Shown here: positions 36,601-45,393 of the stretch, piece after piece
How positions within the stretch are numbered: the first letter of the stretch is position 1
Layout of the letters: each line of letters opens with the position of its first letter
Source of the DNA: a virus
Taxonomy: Duplodnaviria > Caudoviricetes
Direction: 5' to 3' (one strand)
DNA: 64,000 nucleotides
Virus record (IMG/VR): IMGVR_UViG_3300014205_000188
Location: 1 to 64,000 of that record
Translations under genes and position numbers: made by a program
The notes under the pieces: generated by a model
The model's input: only the letters and a program-made list of their open reading frames with translations
What the model was told of the DNA's origin: nothing
The model's database searches: none

Positions 36601-38984
36601 TTGCCTTGGGACAGGCCGCCCTAGTACAGGGTCCGATTGCTCGGGCCTACGAGTGCCCCGCCACGGGTGAGGCGAAGCCCTTTGACAGGGTGATCCTGCG
36701 CAACAGGCTCCTTCCTGGTGGTGGCGGGTCCATGGCCGCTGACTTCGTTGTGTCCAAGACTGGCCTCTCGGTCAAGGTTGGCAACAGCGTGTTGGGTTTG
36801 GCTACGGGTGCAAGTGGTGTTGCTGGTAGTGCTGCAGTGGTACACCCCGCAACGCTCACGGGTGCCTCGGGACTCCTTGGTGGCCAGAGTGGCACCACGG
36901 CTCAGCCCACGGTGACCTTCTACGACGGCACAGGGTCCATTGGGGCGAACAACGTCTTCACATTCGATATCGATGGAGACTCCGTAACCACCACCTTCAC
37001 GGCAAGTGCCGGTGGTACGGTGACCCCGATTGGTTTGACCACGGTTGCAGGTTCGGTCCTGGCTCAGATCGCTGATGCCATGGCCGCCTACACGGGAGCT
37101 CCCTGGGGCAACGCCGCCACGGTCATCGCAGCGGGTCTGGTACGGCAGGAGGGTGCTGGTATTCGGTTGACTGGGGCCCTGACCAGTGCACCCGCAAGGT
37201 TGACGATCGGGTCGGGTACGGCTAACAGCGTGCTCGGTTTTGCCACGGGTCAGACCTCGTTGAGGTCTTTGACCTCGGTGGCACAGCTGGCCTCCGCTTT
37301 GATGAGCAACCAGCATGACACGTTCGTGAACTGGGTGCTCAGCCCGAGCAACTTTGCCGCGACCTCCTTTGCCACCTACGGGTTGGCTTCGGTGGAGACG
37401 GACTTGACGGGGGCTGAGTTCCTGTATGTACAGGATGCACCCACGTTGACTGCCGGTCTCGGGACGGTGTCCAGTGTTCTGGTCAAGAACCCGAGTCCCA
37501 ATGTCAAGAGTGCCCTTTTCTACGGGACGGGGCTCACGGCTCTGGACGCTGATGGTGCAACGGGTGACCCCGCGTTGAACGGGTTCTTCGTCAGCTCCAG
37601 TTCACCGACTGGTTCCGGCTCCGTGAACACCAGCGTGCTCAACAATGGTTCGGGTCAGGACGGCATTGTAGGTCAGACCTACCGTGACGAGGTGACGGGC
37701 TTGACCTTCACGGTCCTCCCGAGGGGTTGGAGCACGGACAAGAATGGACCTTGGGTCAGCTACCCCACTGGAAGCAATGCCACGTTCCGGGTGAGGGGTT
37801 CCAGGACCATGACCTGTGCCTCCTTGCCGATCAACCCGATCCCCGGATTGGAACTGAGGGTCACGAACACGGTTGGCGTGGGTATCGAGGACACGGCGAT
37901 TGTGACCACGTTTGAGCGGTCGGGTAACGAGCCCGCTATCGGGGAGAGTTACTACAGCTCCTACGTTTACACGAAGCAGGACTACGAGACCAAGTTCTTC
38001 ACCAAGATCTCGGATGTCGAGCGGGAGTACGGTGTGTCCCACCCGGACAACCCGGTATCCTTGGCTGCCAACATCATGATGAAGAACGGGGCGCTCTTGG
38101 TTGGTATCAAGCAGGTCCCGAGGGCTGCTGGTTCCACCCAGGCGGACTTGGTCACCTACCGCACGGCCATTGAGGAGTTGGAGAATGTTCTGCCGGGGAA
38201 CGTGACCCCCGACATCATCGTTCCGCTACGTGGCGACTCCTTGGAGTTGTTCCAGATCATCAAGCGCTCGTGCGACAAGATGAGCAGCTTGCGGTACAAG
38301 AGCGAAAGGACTTCCATCTTTGGAGTTTCCGCAGGGACGCTGCCGAAGGACGCCATCCTGATCGCTCGGAACATGTCCAACAAGCGGATGCGGATGGTTT
38401 ACCCGGACATGGCCCTGGTGACGATCCAGGACGGTCAGGGTAACACGAAGGAGCACTTGGTAGACGGTCCTTTCATGGCAGCGGCCTTGGCTGGTTCCGT
38501 AGTGTCCCCCAACGTGGATGTGGCAACCCCGTGGACGGGTAGGCTTTTGAGTGGGTTCACCCAGCTTGCTCGGAAGTTGAATGCCGTTGACATGAACCAG
38601 ATGGCTCAGAATGGTATTACGATCCTCGAGGATCGTCCTCCCTTCCTGCGGGTACGTCATGGTTTGACCACGGACATGTCGGATACACTGACCAAGCTTC
38701 CTACGATCGCCATGATCCAGGATGAGGTTCAGAGGCAGACCCGTCAGTTGCTGGATAACTTCGTTGGTCAGAAGTTCCTTCCCGGTGTCTTGTCCCAGAT
38801 TGAGGGCAGGTTGGCCATGTTGATGAAGAGGCTGGTTGCAGCCAACATCATCGTGGCTTACACGGGGATCAAGGCTCGGGTCTCGACCTCCGATCCTACA
38901 GCGGCCGAGGTGGAGGCTTTCTTCTCCCCCGTGCTACCTCTCCTCTACATCAACGTGAAGTTCCACCTTAGGTCAAGTTTGTAA
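33681..38984 (+). CDS. contractile tail sheath protein, very large (1767 aa)
   Basis: N-term YYPPGVTTET; C-term sheath core (AAALAG...GITILE...RHGLTT...FFSPVLPLLYINVKF). Confidence 0.9.
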   Translation: MAYYPPGVTTETTYENPLSAVLESLKIPVLVGEGNETLYQQDLEVVRGSSSATDQRVAGEDVSSRMVVSQTAAGDVTLGDPNGSLDTFQVLNRPIVTGNGTGTTTNSRTDVAVTINGSPIVVRGVDGARGLVQLATVVNDGDVVLCTYFYNRSDTLVTDDVSAQVPNRAATVKSLTGVADVNAPNSTSEVLYLHGDLVSLDGTVTALANNVLNLKIDGVDRTIVLPTRTDYTMAQVAAAITAARAGTLTAASFVNSAGHSALMLQSDHSLAVKEGSANSPLGILTGTADNRVSTFYVFNGPMVDGTGGGVVTTDPASVVVKVNGRQFIPTSVEGNARAVTITPSPIAGARVTVQYWWNTWQDTFDNLYNIGVTAVTQCGSVPGANDYTQGADFVLHNNRIMWGTAAQVEAGLNTVGSEPFSETQVSFTLIDDRTFLSPLTPVTATSGGITTDSRLYFQLPENPTLGNGRDTPLGQSLFQTVSNGRIDVPVNRPDVVWAYWGFDLQDAVARGRVEVLKVDGSVITLKDPVPVGAQVFGTFYYNRLTDESYTLSCLVPGASNVGQYTMQDSGGNDIFTPVMVSGGKGTALTGVTVEFPSGSEMTPDLRYESGSGTYFTGPAEEIVTVQFAARKASPAKFSLSGAGPFTFIPNQSSFLRLQLHAVDVFGATGLNLMSPSKVATHVGGYFASLVGDELSYAGGAGATVGQNVTLTATETLTLTVDGVDIPVSLPPAAAVDATYFAARINDNASGHMGLCQAGSADATLVMNAAATPTNAATSDDYYLGWKVVLGTSALPGAAAGGQVRTILSYDGASRTATIDADWDGGPATPPVALQPYFVYNPSTMAIYTGAARFNGPVTLGAGLHDKLRLVYTGDVSGALSLTGANQVDLGDGPFATAALLADEVTLGIRTQITALASAPHAGLEITCTANAEGQLVFKVQLPGVDNAGIVQFLTAATPAQDFAVLAGLDAASAVALGQAALVQGPIARAYECPATGEAKPFDRVILRNRLLPGGGGSMAADFVVSKTGLSVKVGNSVLGLATGASGVAGSAAVVHPATLTGASGLLGGQSGTTAQPTVTFYDGTGSIGANNVFTFDIDGDSVTTTFTASAGGTVTPIGLTTVAGSVLAQIADAMAAYTGAPWGNAATVIAAGLVRQEGAGIRLTGALTSAPARLTIGSGTANSVLGFATGQTSLRSLTSVAQLASALMSNQHDTFVNWVLSPSNFAATSFATYGLASVETDLTGAEFLYVQDAPTLTAGLGTVSSVLVKNPSPNVKSALFYGTGLTALDADGATGDPALNGFFVSSSSPTGSGSVNTSVLNNGSGQDGIVGQTYRDEVTGLTFTVLPRGWSTDKNGPWVSYPTGSNATFRVRGSRTMTCASLPINPIPGLELRVTNTVGVGIEDTAIVTTFERSGNEPAIGESYYSSYVYTKQDYETKFFTKISDVEREYGVSHPDNPVSLAANIMMKNGALLVGIKQVPRAAGSTQADLVTYRTAIEELENVLPGNVTPDIIVPLRGDSLELFQIIKRSCDKMSSLRYKSERTSIFGVSAGTLPKDAILIARNMSNKRMRMVYPDMALVTIQDGQGNTKEHLVDGPFMAAALAGSVVSPNVDVATPWTGRLLSGFTQLARKLNAVDMNQMAQNGITILEDRPPFLRVRHGLTTDMSDTLTKLPTIAMIQDEVQRQTRQLLDNFVGQKFLPGVLSQIEGRLAMLMKRLVAANIIVAYTGIKARVSTSDPTAAEVEAFFSPVLPLLYINVKFHLRSSL

Positions 38985-38990
38985 GTCTGA

Positions 38991-39069
38991 TAAGGGTCAA
39001 GGGGGTGTAGCCCCCTTGACCCTTACAAAAAAGCCCTTTTGGTCGTGGGACCAAAAGGGCTTTTTTTGT
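38991..39069 (+). terminator. tandem hairpins; second is an intrinsic terminator
   Basis: TAAGGGTCAAGGGGG/CCCCCTTGACCCTTA then AAAAAAGCCCTTTTGGTC/GACCAAAAGGGCTTTTTTT. Confidence 0.85.
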
Positions 39070-39173
39070 TCTCTGACTATTTTTGTCAAAGAAATGTAAA
39101 AGGCCCAAAAAGGGCCAAGTAAGGCAACCATGGGTCTGTGTACAAAAGGTCACTCAGACCTATGGAGGTTCTT

Positions 39174-39395
39174 ATGTCTTTGCTACCGAAGTTTCAGCGT
39201 CATGACACTGTTCAGCAGGCAGATCACCATATCCACTACCATGTGCTAGAATTCTGTCTCAGGAGGGATGGCGGGTTCGATTACCTGTGTGAGGACAACT
39301 TGTGGCAGGCCCACCGTTACGTGCAGGAGGATCACCTGCACTGGTTGCCTGAGGAGGTTTTGAGTTTGGTCAGTCGGGTGATCCCGAGAACCTAG
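39174..39395 (+). CDS. small hypothetical protein
   Basis: GGAGG SD; PKFQRHDTV SH3-like start. Confidence 0.55.
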   Translation: MSLLPKFQRHDTVQQADHHIHYHVLEFCLRRDGGFDYLCEDNLWQAHRYVQEDHLHWLPEEVLSLVSRVIPRT

Positions 39396-39398
39396 ATG

Positions 39399-39434
39399 AA
39401 AAGAGGCCCCGAGCTTACGTTCGGGGCCTCTTTT
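39399..39434. terminator. bidirectional intrinsic terminator
   Basis: AAAAGAGGCCCCGAGC-ttac-GTTCGGGGCCTCTTTT. Confidence 0.85.
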
Positions 39435-39476
39435 GTTCGTCAGGTCTTCGGTCTTTGGGAAGGAAGCCCGATTTGG

Positions 39477-39926
39477 TCACTCGGCATCCAGATTTTGGAT
39501 TCGGAATACCATGTGTAACCGTGGCTCTTGTGGGGTTTGGCTTTTTGCCCTCAGTTGTACCCGTCCTTCCGGGTTTCGGAAAAGAGTTCCCTCGGTACCT
39601 CCGGGGCCTTGTCCCTTGAAGCAGAGGGCTACATAGGGAGCTTCCTTGGAGCCAATGGTGGAAACAGTGTTGAGAGCGGAGTCAGGATGGTCCTCAAAGG
39701 TTACACCCATGAACTTGGAGGGGTAAAGAAGGCATGCAGATCCCCCCATTGACCGGACTACAAGGGGTTGTCCACAGTCCTTGGTGACCTGTGAGATGCT
39801 CTGATCAAAGTCAGGACGACACCAAAGCATAGTCTGCATGTCGGGGAAGCGGAGGATCTCAATCCCCGTAGGGGTCGAGGCGCACCCAGTTGACATCAGG
39901 AGTGTCGCAAGGAGGAGAGTTTTCAC
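39477..39926 (-). CDS. lipoprotein
   Basis: KTLLLATLLMSTG-C lipobox. Confidence 0.7.
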   Translation of the reverse strand: MKTLLLATLLMSTGCASTPTGIEILRFPDMQTMLWCRPDFDQSISQVTKDCGQPLVVRSMGGSACLLYPSKFMGVTFEDHPDSALNTVSTIGSKEAPYVALCFKGQGPGGTEGTLFRNPEGRVQLRAKSQTPQEPRLHMVFRIQNLDAE

Positions 39927-39943
39927 GTTGAAATCCTTGGTGG

Positions 39944-40207
39944 CTACTTACGGCAGCGCTTGTTGCAAGAGATGCAGGAATTGCCACAGGGACAGCCACG
40001 GTTGCAGTGTTTCGCAGGGGCAGTGTATTGCACCCGGGGCCTTGCAACAGGCTTCTGAGGAGGCACGACCTTTACCCTTGGAGGTGGCGTAGTCTCCGTG
40101 ACTGGGGCCTCGGCTGGAAGAGGAAACGGGTTGGGCGTCTCGGAAAACGCGTGGCCACCAGTTGTCATGGCGAGCATGGTGGCAAACAAGAGGGCAAGGT
40201 ACTTCAT
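39944..40207 (-). CDS. small secreted protein with Cys-rich C-terminus
   Basis: Signal peptide; CNRGCPCGNSCISCNKRCRK. Confidence 0.7.
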   Translation of the reverse strand: MKYLALLFATMLAMTTGGHAFSETPNPFPLPAEAPVTETTPPPRVKVVPPQKPVARPRVQYTAPAKHCNRGCPCGNSCISCNKRCRK

Positions 40208-40258
40208 ATCGTGGTCTCCTAACTCGGAATGATTGGAATGGGGTGCTAGGGTTGGGGT

Positions 40259-40573
40259 TCAGAACGACCAAGAGAATGAGAGGTTACCGCCATTCGGGGT
40301 GACTTGAAGATCAAGCGGAGGGGGCGTCTGGACCAAACTGTCCATCTCACCTTTGGACTGTGTGACGATAAGGTAAATGAGCCCGGTCACAGCAGCAATC
40401 CCCACCATAACGCCGATCACAAGCACCCCATCCACTTCCCCCGCGTCACCCCCTCCACTACCAATGTGACAAGTGTCACTGTCTTCAATGTATCCGTTGC
40501 CACAGGGTTTACCTATGGCCACCGAGGGTGTCATCAGGAGGGTGGCTGCCAGTAGAGCGATGAGAGTCTTCAT
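40259..40573 (-). CDS. secreted/membrane protein with GKPCGN Cys module
   Basis: Signal peptide, GKPCGNGYI...CH, TM helix, C-terminal ...LSFSWSF. Confidence 0.7.
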   Translation of the reverse strand: MKTLIALLAATLLMTPSVAIGKPCGNGYIEDSDTCHIGSGGGDAGEVDGVLVIGVMVGIAAVTGLIYLIVTQSKGEMDSLVQTPPPLDLQVTPNGGNLSFSWSF

Positions 40574-40597
40574 AAAGTTGTCCTATTCTTGATGTTA

Positions 40598-40912
40598 CTA
40601 AGCTGCGGGGTTCTGCCAGATCATGAAGTGATCTGCAGATGTCAGGAGGGTCCAGCCCATGTCTTGGAGGGTTTCAGTGGCCCACATGACGTTCACCGGA
40701 ACGGTTTCCACAAATCCCCTGGAGTCCCTTTCCCACCCGAACGCAATCTCTTGGTCCGATGAAACCATCCGAACGACACGGATGTTGGTGATAGGACCCG
40801 GCCAGTGCTCATGCTCTTGTTCAAGAACCAAGAGCATGGTTCGGAGACCCTCGATCTCTTCGGAGTCTCGGACAAACTGGATGAATGTGTCTTCTGGTTT
40901 AACCTTGGCCAT
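40598..40912 (-). CDS. hypothetical protein
   Basis: AGGAG SD. Confidence 0.6.
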   Translation of the reverse strand: MAKVKPEDTFIQFVRDSEEIEGLRTMLLVLEQEHEHWPGPITNIRVVRMVSSDQEIAFGWERDSRGFVETVPVNVMWATETLQDMGWTLLTSADHFMIWQNPAA

Positions 40913-41249
40913 GGAGCCACTCCTTTTTGCCCTTGGTCATCTCTTCTGCAAGCAGCCCAAGTTTCAGATCGAATTCCTCAGGGGTCAGCAACCCCAGTTC
41001 CCGAAGGTGGCACAGAGCATCCACCCTTAGAAAAGTGGGGGACATGGGGATCTCCACAAGGGGAGGGAGCCTGGGTGTTTCCTTCCGAGGGGCCTCACTG
41101 CGGAGGGCAATGACGAGGAGTCCAAAGACGTTCAGGAAGAATCCCCAGAGGAAACCTTCAAAACCACGACCCTTGTCCAATCCGACAAGAAAGGAGAGAA
41201 GAGTCATAGTAAAGGACTCGAACAGGATGACAACAATTTCCTGGGTCAT
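40899..41249 (-). CDS. membrane protein with SHOCT domain
   Basis: KGR...GFLWGFFLNVFGLLV TM segments; LCHLRELGLLTPEEFDLK. Confidence 0.75.
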   Translation of the reverse strand: MTQEIVVILFESFTMTLLSFLVGLDKGRGFEGFLWGFFLNVFGLLVIALRSEAPRKETPRLPPLVEIPMSPTFLRVDALCHLRELGLLTPEEFDLKLGLLAEEMTKGKKEWLHGQG

Positions 41250-41255
41250 GGTTTC

Positions 41256-41513
41256 CTACTCCCCCTTCTTCATGACACGGGCAGTCTTGGTCTCCAGGTC
41301 AAATTCAACTGTGAGATACTCACCATGTTCGATGAAGTCAGCGGTGCTGTTTGCCAGAGCATTCTCAGCCCCCGTCATTAACCCCCAAGTTTCGTCCGGG
41401 GAGTCAATGTAGCCATTGTCCGCAAGCCACTTGCGGAACTGAGAGTTGCCCAGGTTGTTCTCAGCAGCGTAGACGAGTGCGTCTGGGGACTTGAACGTGA
41501 TCTGGATCTTCAT
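41256..41513 (-). CDS. small conserved phage protein, paralog A
   Basis: MKI.ITFKSPDAL...GEYLTVEFDLETKTA. Confidence 0.7.
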   Translation of the reverse strand: MKIQITFKSPDALVYAAENNLGNSQFRKWLADNGYIDSPDETWGLMTGAENALANSTADFIEHGEYLTVEFDLETKTARVMKKGE

Positions 41514-41773
41514 GCCTTCTCCCTCCACGGGATGACCTGACCCGTTTTGGCCTCCAGGTCGAATTCCACCGTAATGAATTCACCACTCTTCACAAGGTCC
41601 GAGAGGGCTTCTTCTAGCCCTTGTTCAGCCAAACGCCGGCTACCCTCGCGCCCCGTCTTGGGTCCCGCCCAGTCATGATCCACAAGCCACTGCTGAAAGT
41701 TGGCATCCCCGAGGTAATCTTCGGCGGCGTAGAAGAGAACATCTGGCGTCTTGAAACGGGCACGGATTTTCAT
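41510..41773 (-). CDS. small conserved phage protein, paralog B
   Basis: MKI..RFKTPDVL...GEFITVEFDLEAKTG. Confidence 0.7.
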   Translation of the reverse strand: MKIRARFKTPDVLFYAAEDYLGDANFQQWLVDHDWAGPKTGREGSRRLAEQGLEEALSDLVKSGEFITVEFDLEAKTGQVIPWREKA

Positions 41774-42306
41774 GGCTTGTCTCCTTGCTCAGCAAGGCTC
41801 TTGGCCAACCAGTGGGCCTTGCGCACCGCACGTCGGCGAGCCAGCTCCTGTTCGGCGACATTCAAAAGTGCCAAGTCCCGGGCCCTCCCCCACGCAGAGT
41901 TGGATGTCATGCGTGCCCGAAACATGGCCCCCAGCTCTCGGTGGGTCATGAGGGGACCCACGTGGGTCAGCCAGAGGCTGGCGAAATCCGGGTGCTCCGT
42001 TCCGAATGGAAAACCGGGGCTCATGCTTAACCAAGCCTTACGGGCGTATGCCCTACGGTCCAGACGCCCCAATTCTGCTCGTGCCGCAGCCACGAGCGGG
42101 TCGGAGACCTCTCGGGCCGCGTCGTAAGCTCGACAGGCCGCCTGATGCTCCTCGAGCGTGCCCCGATCCATCACATAACTCCGCATGTACCAGAGCGTAT
42201 GGCTCTGGTGGGAAGCCTTACCGGCCACCTGCATGAGGCGGCTACAGTGTCGGCGTTCTCGGCGAGTTGAGGCGGGCGGAAGTGGTAGCATAGGGGTGTC
42301 CTCCAT
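41770..42306 (-). CDS. hypothetical Arg-rich protein
   Basis: ORF directly after promoter motif. Confidence 0.55.
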   Translation of the reverse strand: MEDTPMLPLPPASTRRERRHCSRLMQVAGKASHQSHTLWYMRSYVMDRGTLEEHQAACRAYDAAREVSDPLVAAARAELGRLDRRAYARKAWLSMSPGFPFGTEHPDFASLWLTHVGPLMTHRELGAMFRARMTSNSAWGRARDLALLNVAEQELARRRAVRKAHWLAKSLAEQGDKP

Positions 42307-42320
42307 GGTTTGCCCCTAGG

Positions 42321-42346
42321 CTACTCAAGGTTCTCTGAGGATGATC
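42321..42346 (-). promoter_or_regulatory. GATCATC-N13-GAGTAG promoter-like motif
   Basis: Exact match in intergenic space. Confidence 0.75.
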
Positions 42347-42363
42347 TTGTAAAGGGAGGCTCT

Positions 42364-42738
42364 TTAGTCCTCGACGCGACGCCAGCCTTCTGGGGTGTAC
42401 TCCCGTTGGCGGCGTACCTCCCAGATGCCGGGCTCCAGCACGAGGGGTGCGTGGGTGTCGTAGTCCCGGTGGTGCACCACCTCGATAGGCTCCCCACACT
42501 CCAGGTAGGAGATCAGCGGGTCGTTGCTGACGAACCGGCAGATCAGCACCTCACCGTTGGCAAGGTCTTCAGCCAGAGCTTCCGGCTTAAACACGCCCGC
42601 AATGTGGTGATGGCCCGTTTCCGAATGGGCTACGATGTGTTCCTTGGCCCTTACGACGGTGAGCCCCTCCGGGAGGTCGGGGATGCGACGAAAAAGTACG
42701 TCACCTTGGGCACCGGGGAGGTCTTTGATTCTTGTCAT
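42364..42738 (-). CDS. His-rich small partner of DUF6745 protein
   Basis: QGDVL, HSETGHHH, H...L.PG.WEVRRQREY. Confidence 0.75.
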   Translation of the reverse strand: MTRIKDLPGAQGDVLFRRIPDLPEGLTVVRAKEHIVAHSETGHHHIAGVFKPEALAEDLANGEVLICRFVSNDPLISYLECGEPIEVVHHRDYDTHAPLVLEPGIWEVRRQREYTPEGWRRVED

Positions 42739-45368
42739 GTTCTCACTTCCAGTTTGAAGTCTTCAGGGTTGAGTCCATACGTCCAGGCATTGGCTTCCAG
42801 TGCGGTTAGCATCTCAGGAGGCACGGGGAGCACAAAAGTTCTCCCCGTGCCACACAGTACACGGAGGAACTGGGAGTTTGGGGCATCGGGCAAGTCTACT
42901 CGAAGCAGGGTCCCGATCATAGGGTCGGGGTCTTGATTCACTACAAGGGGTTGCAGGTGATTGATGATGGCCGCCCATCCCAGCATTTCAGCAGCGGCTC
43001 GCCTTTGTTCCACATTGGGGTGGGTGAGGGCCACTTCTGGTGTCAGGGTCGTGGGGTCAAGAACCCATTCATTGGGGATCCGGGTGCCGTGCCATGTGGC
43101 AACGCCCGATCCATCAGGGTAGCGGATAGCCAGCCCATCCCGGCGGTGATAGCGTCCGTCCTCATCTTTGTGGGCTTCTTGCGGCCTCTCACTGAGAATG
43201 CAAACCCCGTCGTAGGGCCACCACCAACCGGAGTTGAAGGCCACTTGGAGCATCCCGTCAGGGTTGGTGCCCGTGTATTCGGCTCCTAGGATTTTCCTGA
43301 CAAACTGCCAATAGCCCAACCAGTAGAGGTCGTGTTGACCAAAGCAGGCATTCTTGATCTGGTTTTTTAGCTGTTCACTATCTTGGGTGAGCGCTTGGAG
43401 TTTCTCCCACACTTGGAGTCCCGCTCTTCTGCCCTTGAACAGGCTTAAGAGTTGGTCGTAAACTGGGTTGGAAATTTGACGCCTGAGCTGCTCCAGCTGA
43501 TCCCGAAGGTTTTTTGTGGCCTTGCCACTGAGGGGCTCACCAATTGGGTCTGTCAACGCTCCTTCTACGAGCCTTCTTCTAGGGGCCCCGTTCTCTGAGC
43601 GCCATAAAGACATCCATAGGTTTTCTCTGATGTGTTCCTCAACACCTTCACTCATTTGCGGGATTAGTGGCTTGGCTAAGCTGTTCCAGAGGGAACGACC
43701 CAATTGCCCCTCTAATGAATCCCCGACTGTGCCTTCCCCGAGCCACCCCTTGTCCAGTACGAGTTGTCTGAATAGTTCGAAAGAAGGCGCGTTTTCCTCC
43801 CCCACAAATCCTGAGTCACGTCCACGAGAGTAGGAGAATTGGGGATACAGTTGCTCTAAGAATTGATGGAGGATACCTTTTTGAAGTGGCGCATGAAGAG
43901 ATTCCCCGATCTGGTCAACATCCCTCGAGAGCTGCTCTTGTATTACGAGTTCTCTCTCCCGTTCAAGGTCATGTGCCTCTCGCATGGGATTCCCCATGGA
44001 GGTTATCAGAACCTCCCGCAATTCCTCGCCTAGTTGCTTTGACAGGGCACCCACAACTTGAAACCAGAGGGTTTCCCCCATTTGACCTTGTAGGGGTTCC
44101 CCGATTGATTTCCCTACAAGGGGAGCATCCCTGAGCAGCGCCAGAGGAGACCATGCTTTTAGGACATCCTGTGACTGGCTCGGATCAGAGGCAATCTCCT
44201 CCCAGAGCTGCGACATCAGTGGGCTGTTAAGATGAGAGGGGTCCCTCATTCTGGCGACAAGATCAATCCGAAGTTCCTGCCCAAGGTCATCGGCGAGGGA
44301 CTCACCAATCTGATCCGTCATCAGATTGAGAAGAGCATTGTCATTCGTAAAGATCCCAATGAGTTTCTTTTTCACGTCATCCGTAATCTGCCCCCACAGT
44401 TGACGTTGGTCGGCGAGTTTTGCCCAGGTAACGGGAGCGATTGGTTCCCCCACCCCAAGGATCTGTTCCTCAACCAGATCCTGCTGAGTGTCGTCCAGGG
44501 GTAAGGTCAACCAGAATTCCAGAAGGATCTTGTCGACCATGGGTCCGATCTGGTCCTTGAGCTGAAGCACCGCTTGATCCCAGACCTCCTGCCGCATTTG
44601 AGGGCGAAGGGAGTCACCCTGTTGATCCAGGAGGATCTCGAGAGCCTCCTCCCTACCGGGGGCAATTGCGAAACCAGCGTGGAGAGCCTCATCCACTGCA
44701 CGCCCCAGTTGCAACCCCATCAGATTCAGCCAATCGTTGATGGCATCTCCTAGGGGGTGGGCGAGGGGTTCCCCCAGAGTCTCCTGCATCAGGGTTCGGG
44801 TACGAATCAAGTCCTGAGCGAGTGGAGTACTCAGCTTGATACTGGAGCCGTACTTGTTGCGCCAGTCGCGGAGTTGCGATAAAAGATCTGCAATCACCAC
44901 TCGCGGAAGCAGGTCAAGGACTGACTCTCCTAGGGCATCCTCCCCCAGGTCGCCTGCTAGTGCCTCCTTTGTGGCATTGTGCATAAGGCGCCAAGAGGTG
45001 GACAAGGCATTCCGCAGAAGGCGCCAGTCGGTCGACAACCTCTTGGGTGCATGATCTAGAACCTTGTCCAGTTGGTTAGATGCCTGATCCGAAATAGGGG
45101 CAAGATCCCCAACTGGGTCTTGCTCCGCCTGCTCCTTGAGGATCGTGCCCAGTTGGCTCACCAGCAAACTGAGTATACACCCCTCCTGAGGACTTCTTGC
45201 CCACAGGATCACCTTGGGTGGTTCTTTACCAATGGCCCGATAGGCCGCAGCCACACCCGCCTCAGCCTCTTTCCTGTTGGCTGGTTGGGTGGACTGGCCG
45301 GCTTCCAGCAGCAACTTCTGCCAGTGCGGGATCAGGGCTTCTTGCCAGGGCTCTAATTTCTCAATCAT
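42735..45368 (-). CDS. DUF6745-family protein with expanded helical repeat centre
   Basis: N-term STQPANR..AE...Y...G...P...W..SP; C-term GWWWPY...SERP...H..DG.AI.YPDG...NVEQRR...AWTYGL. Confidence 0.8.
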   Translation of the reverse strand: MIEKLEPWQEALIPHWQKLLLEAGQSTQPANRKEAEAGVAAAYRAIGKEPPKVILWARSPQEGCILSLLVSQLGTILKEQAEQDPVGDLAPISDQASNQLDKVLDHAPKRLSTDWRLLRNALSTSWRLMHNATKEALAGDLGEDALGESVLDLLPRVVIADLLSQLRDWRNKYGSSIKLSTPLAQDLIRTRTLMQETLGEPLAHPLGDAINDWLNLMGLQLGRAVDEALHAGFAIAPGREEALEILLDQQGDSLRPQMRQEVWDQAVLQLKDQIGPMVDKILLEFWLTLPLDDTQQDLVEEQILGVGEPIAPVTWAKLADQRQLWGQITDDVKKKLIGIFTNDNALLNLMTDQIGESLADDLGQELRIDLVARMRDPSHLNSPLMSQLWEEIASDPSQSQDVLKAWSPLALLRDAPLVGKSIGEPLQGQMGETLWFQVVGALSKQLGEELREVLITSMGNPMREAHDLERERELVIQEQLSRDVDQIGESLHAPLQKGILHQFLEQLYPQFSYSRGRDSGFVGEENAPSFELFRQLVLDKGWLGEGTVGDSLEGQLGRSLWNSLAKPLIPQMSEGVEEHIRENLWMSLWRSENGAPRRRLVEGALTDPIGEPLSGKATKNLRDQLEQLRRQISNPVYDQLLSLFKGRRAGLQVWEKLQALTQDSEQLKNQIKNACFGQHDLYWLGYWQFVRKILGAEYTGTNPDGMLQVAFNSGWWWPYDGVCILSERPQEAHKDEDGRYHRRDGLAIRYPDGSGVATWHGTRIPNEWVLDPTTLTPEVALTHPNVEQRRAAAEMLGWAAIINHLQPLVVNQDPDPMIGTLLRVDLPDAPNSQFLRVLCGTGRTFVLPVPPEMLTALEANAWTYGLNPEDFKLEVRT

Positions 45369-45393
45369 AGGAGGGTTCCTAGGGGACGGAGAG

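Noticed and set aside
35577-37316. Long antisense ORFs inside sheath, hub and other large genes
   Set aside because: Shadow frames from GC-rich codon bias; no motifs or RBS
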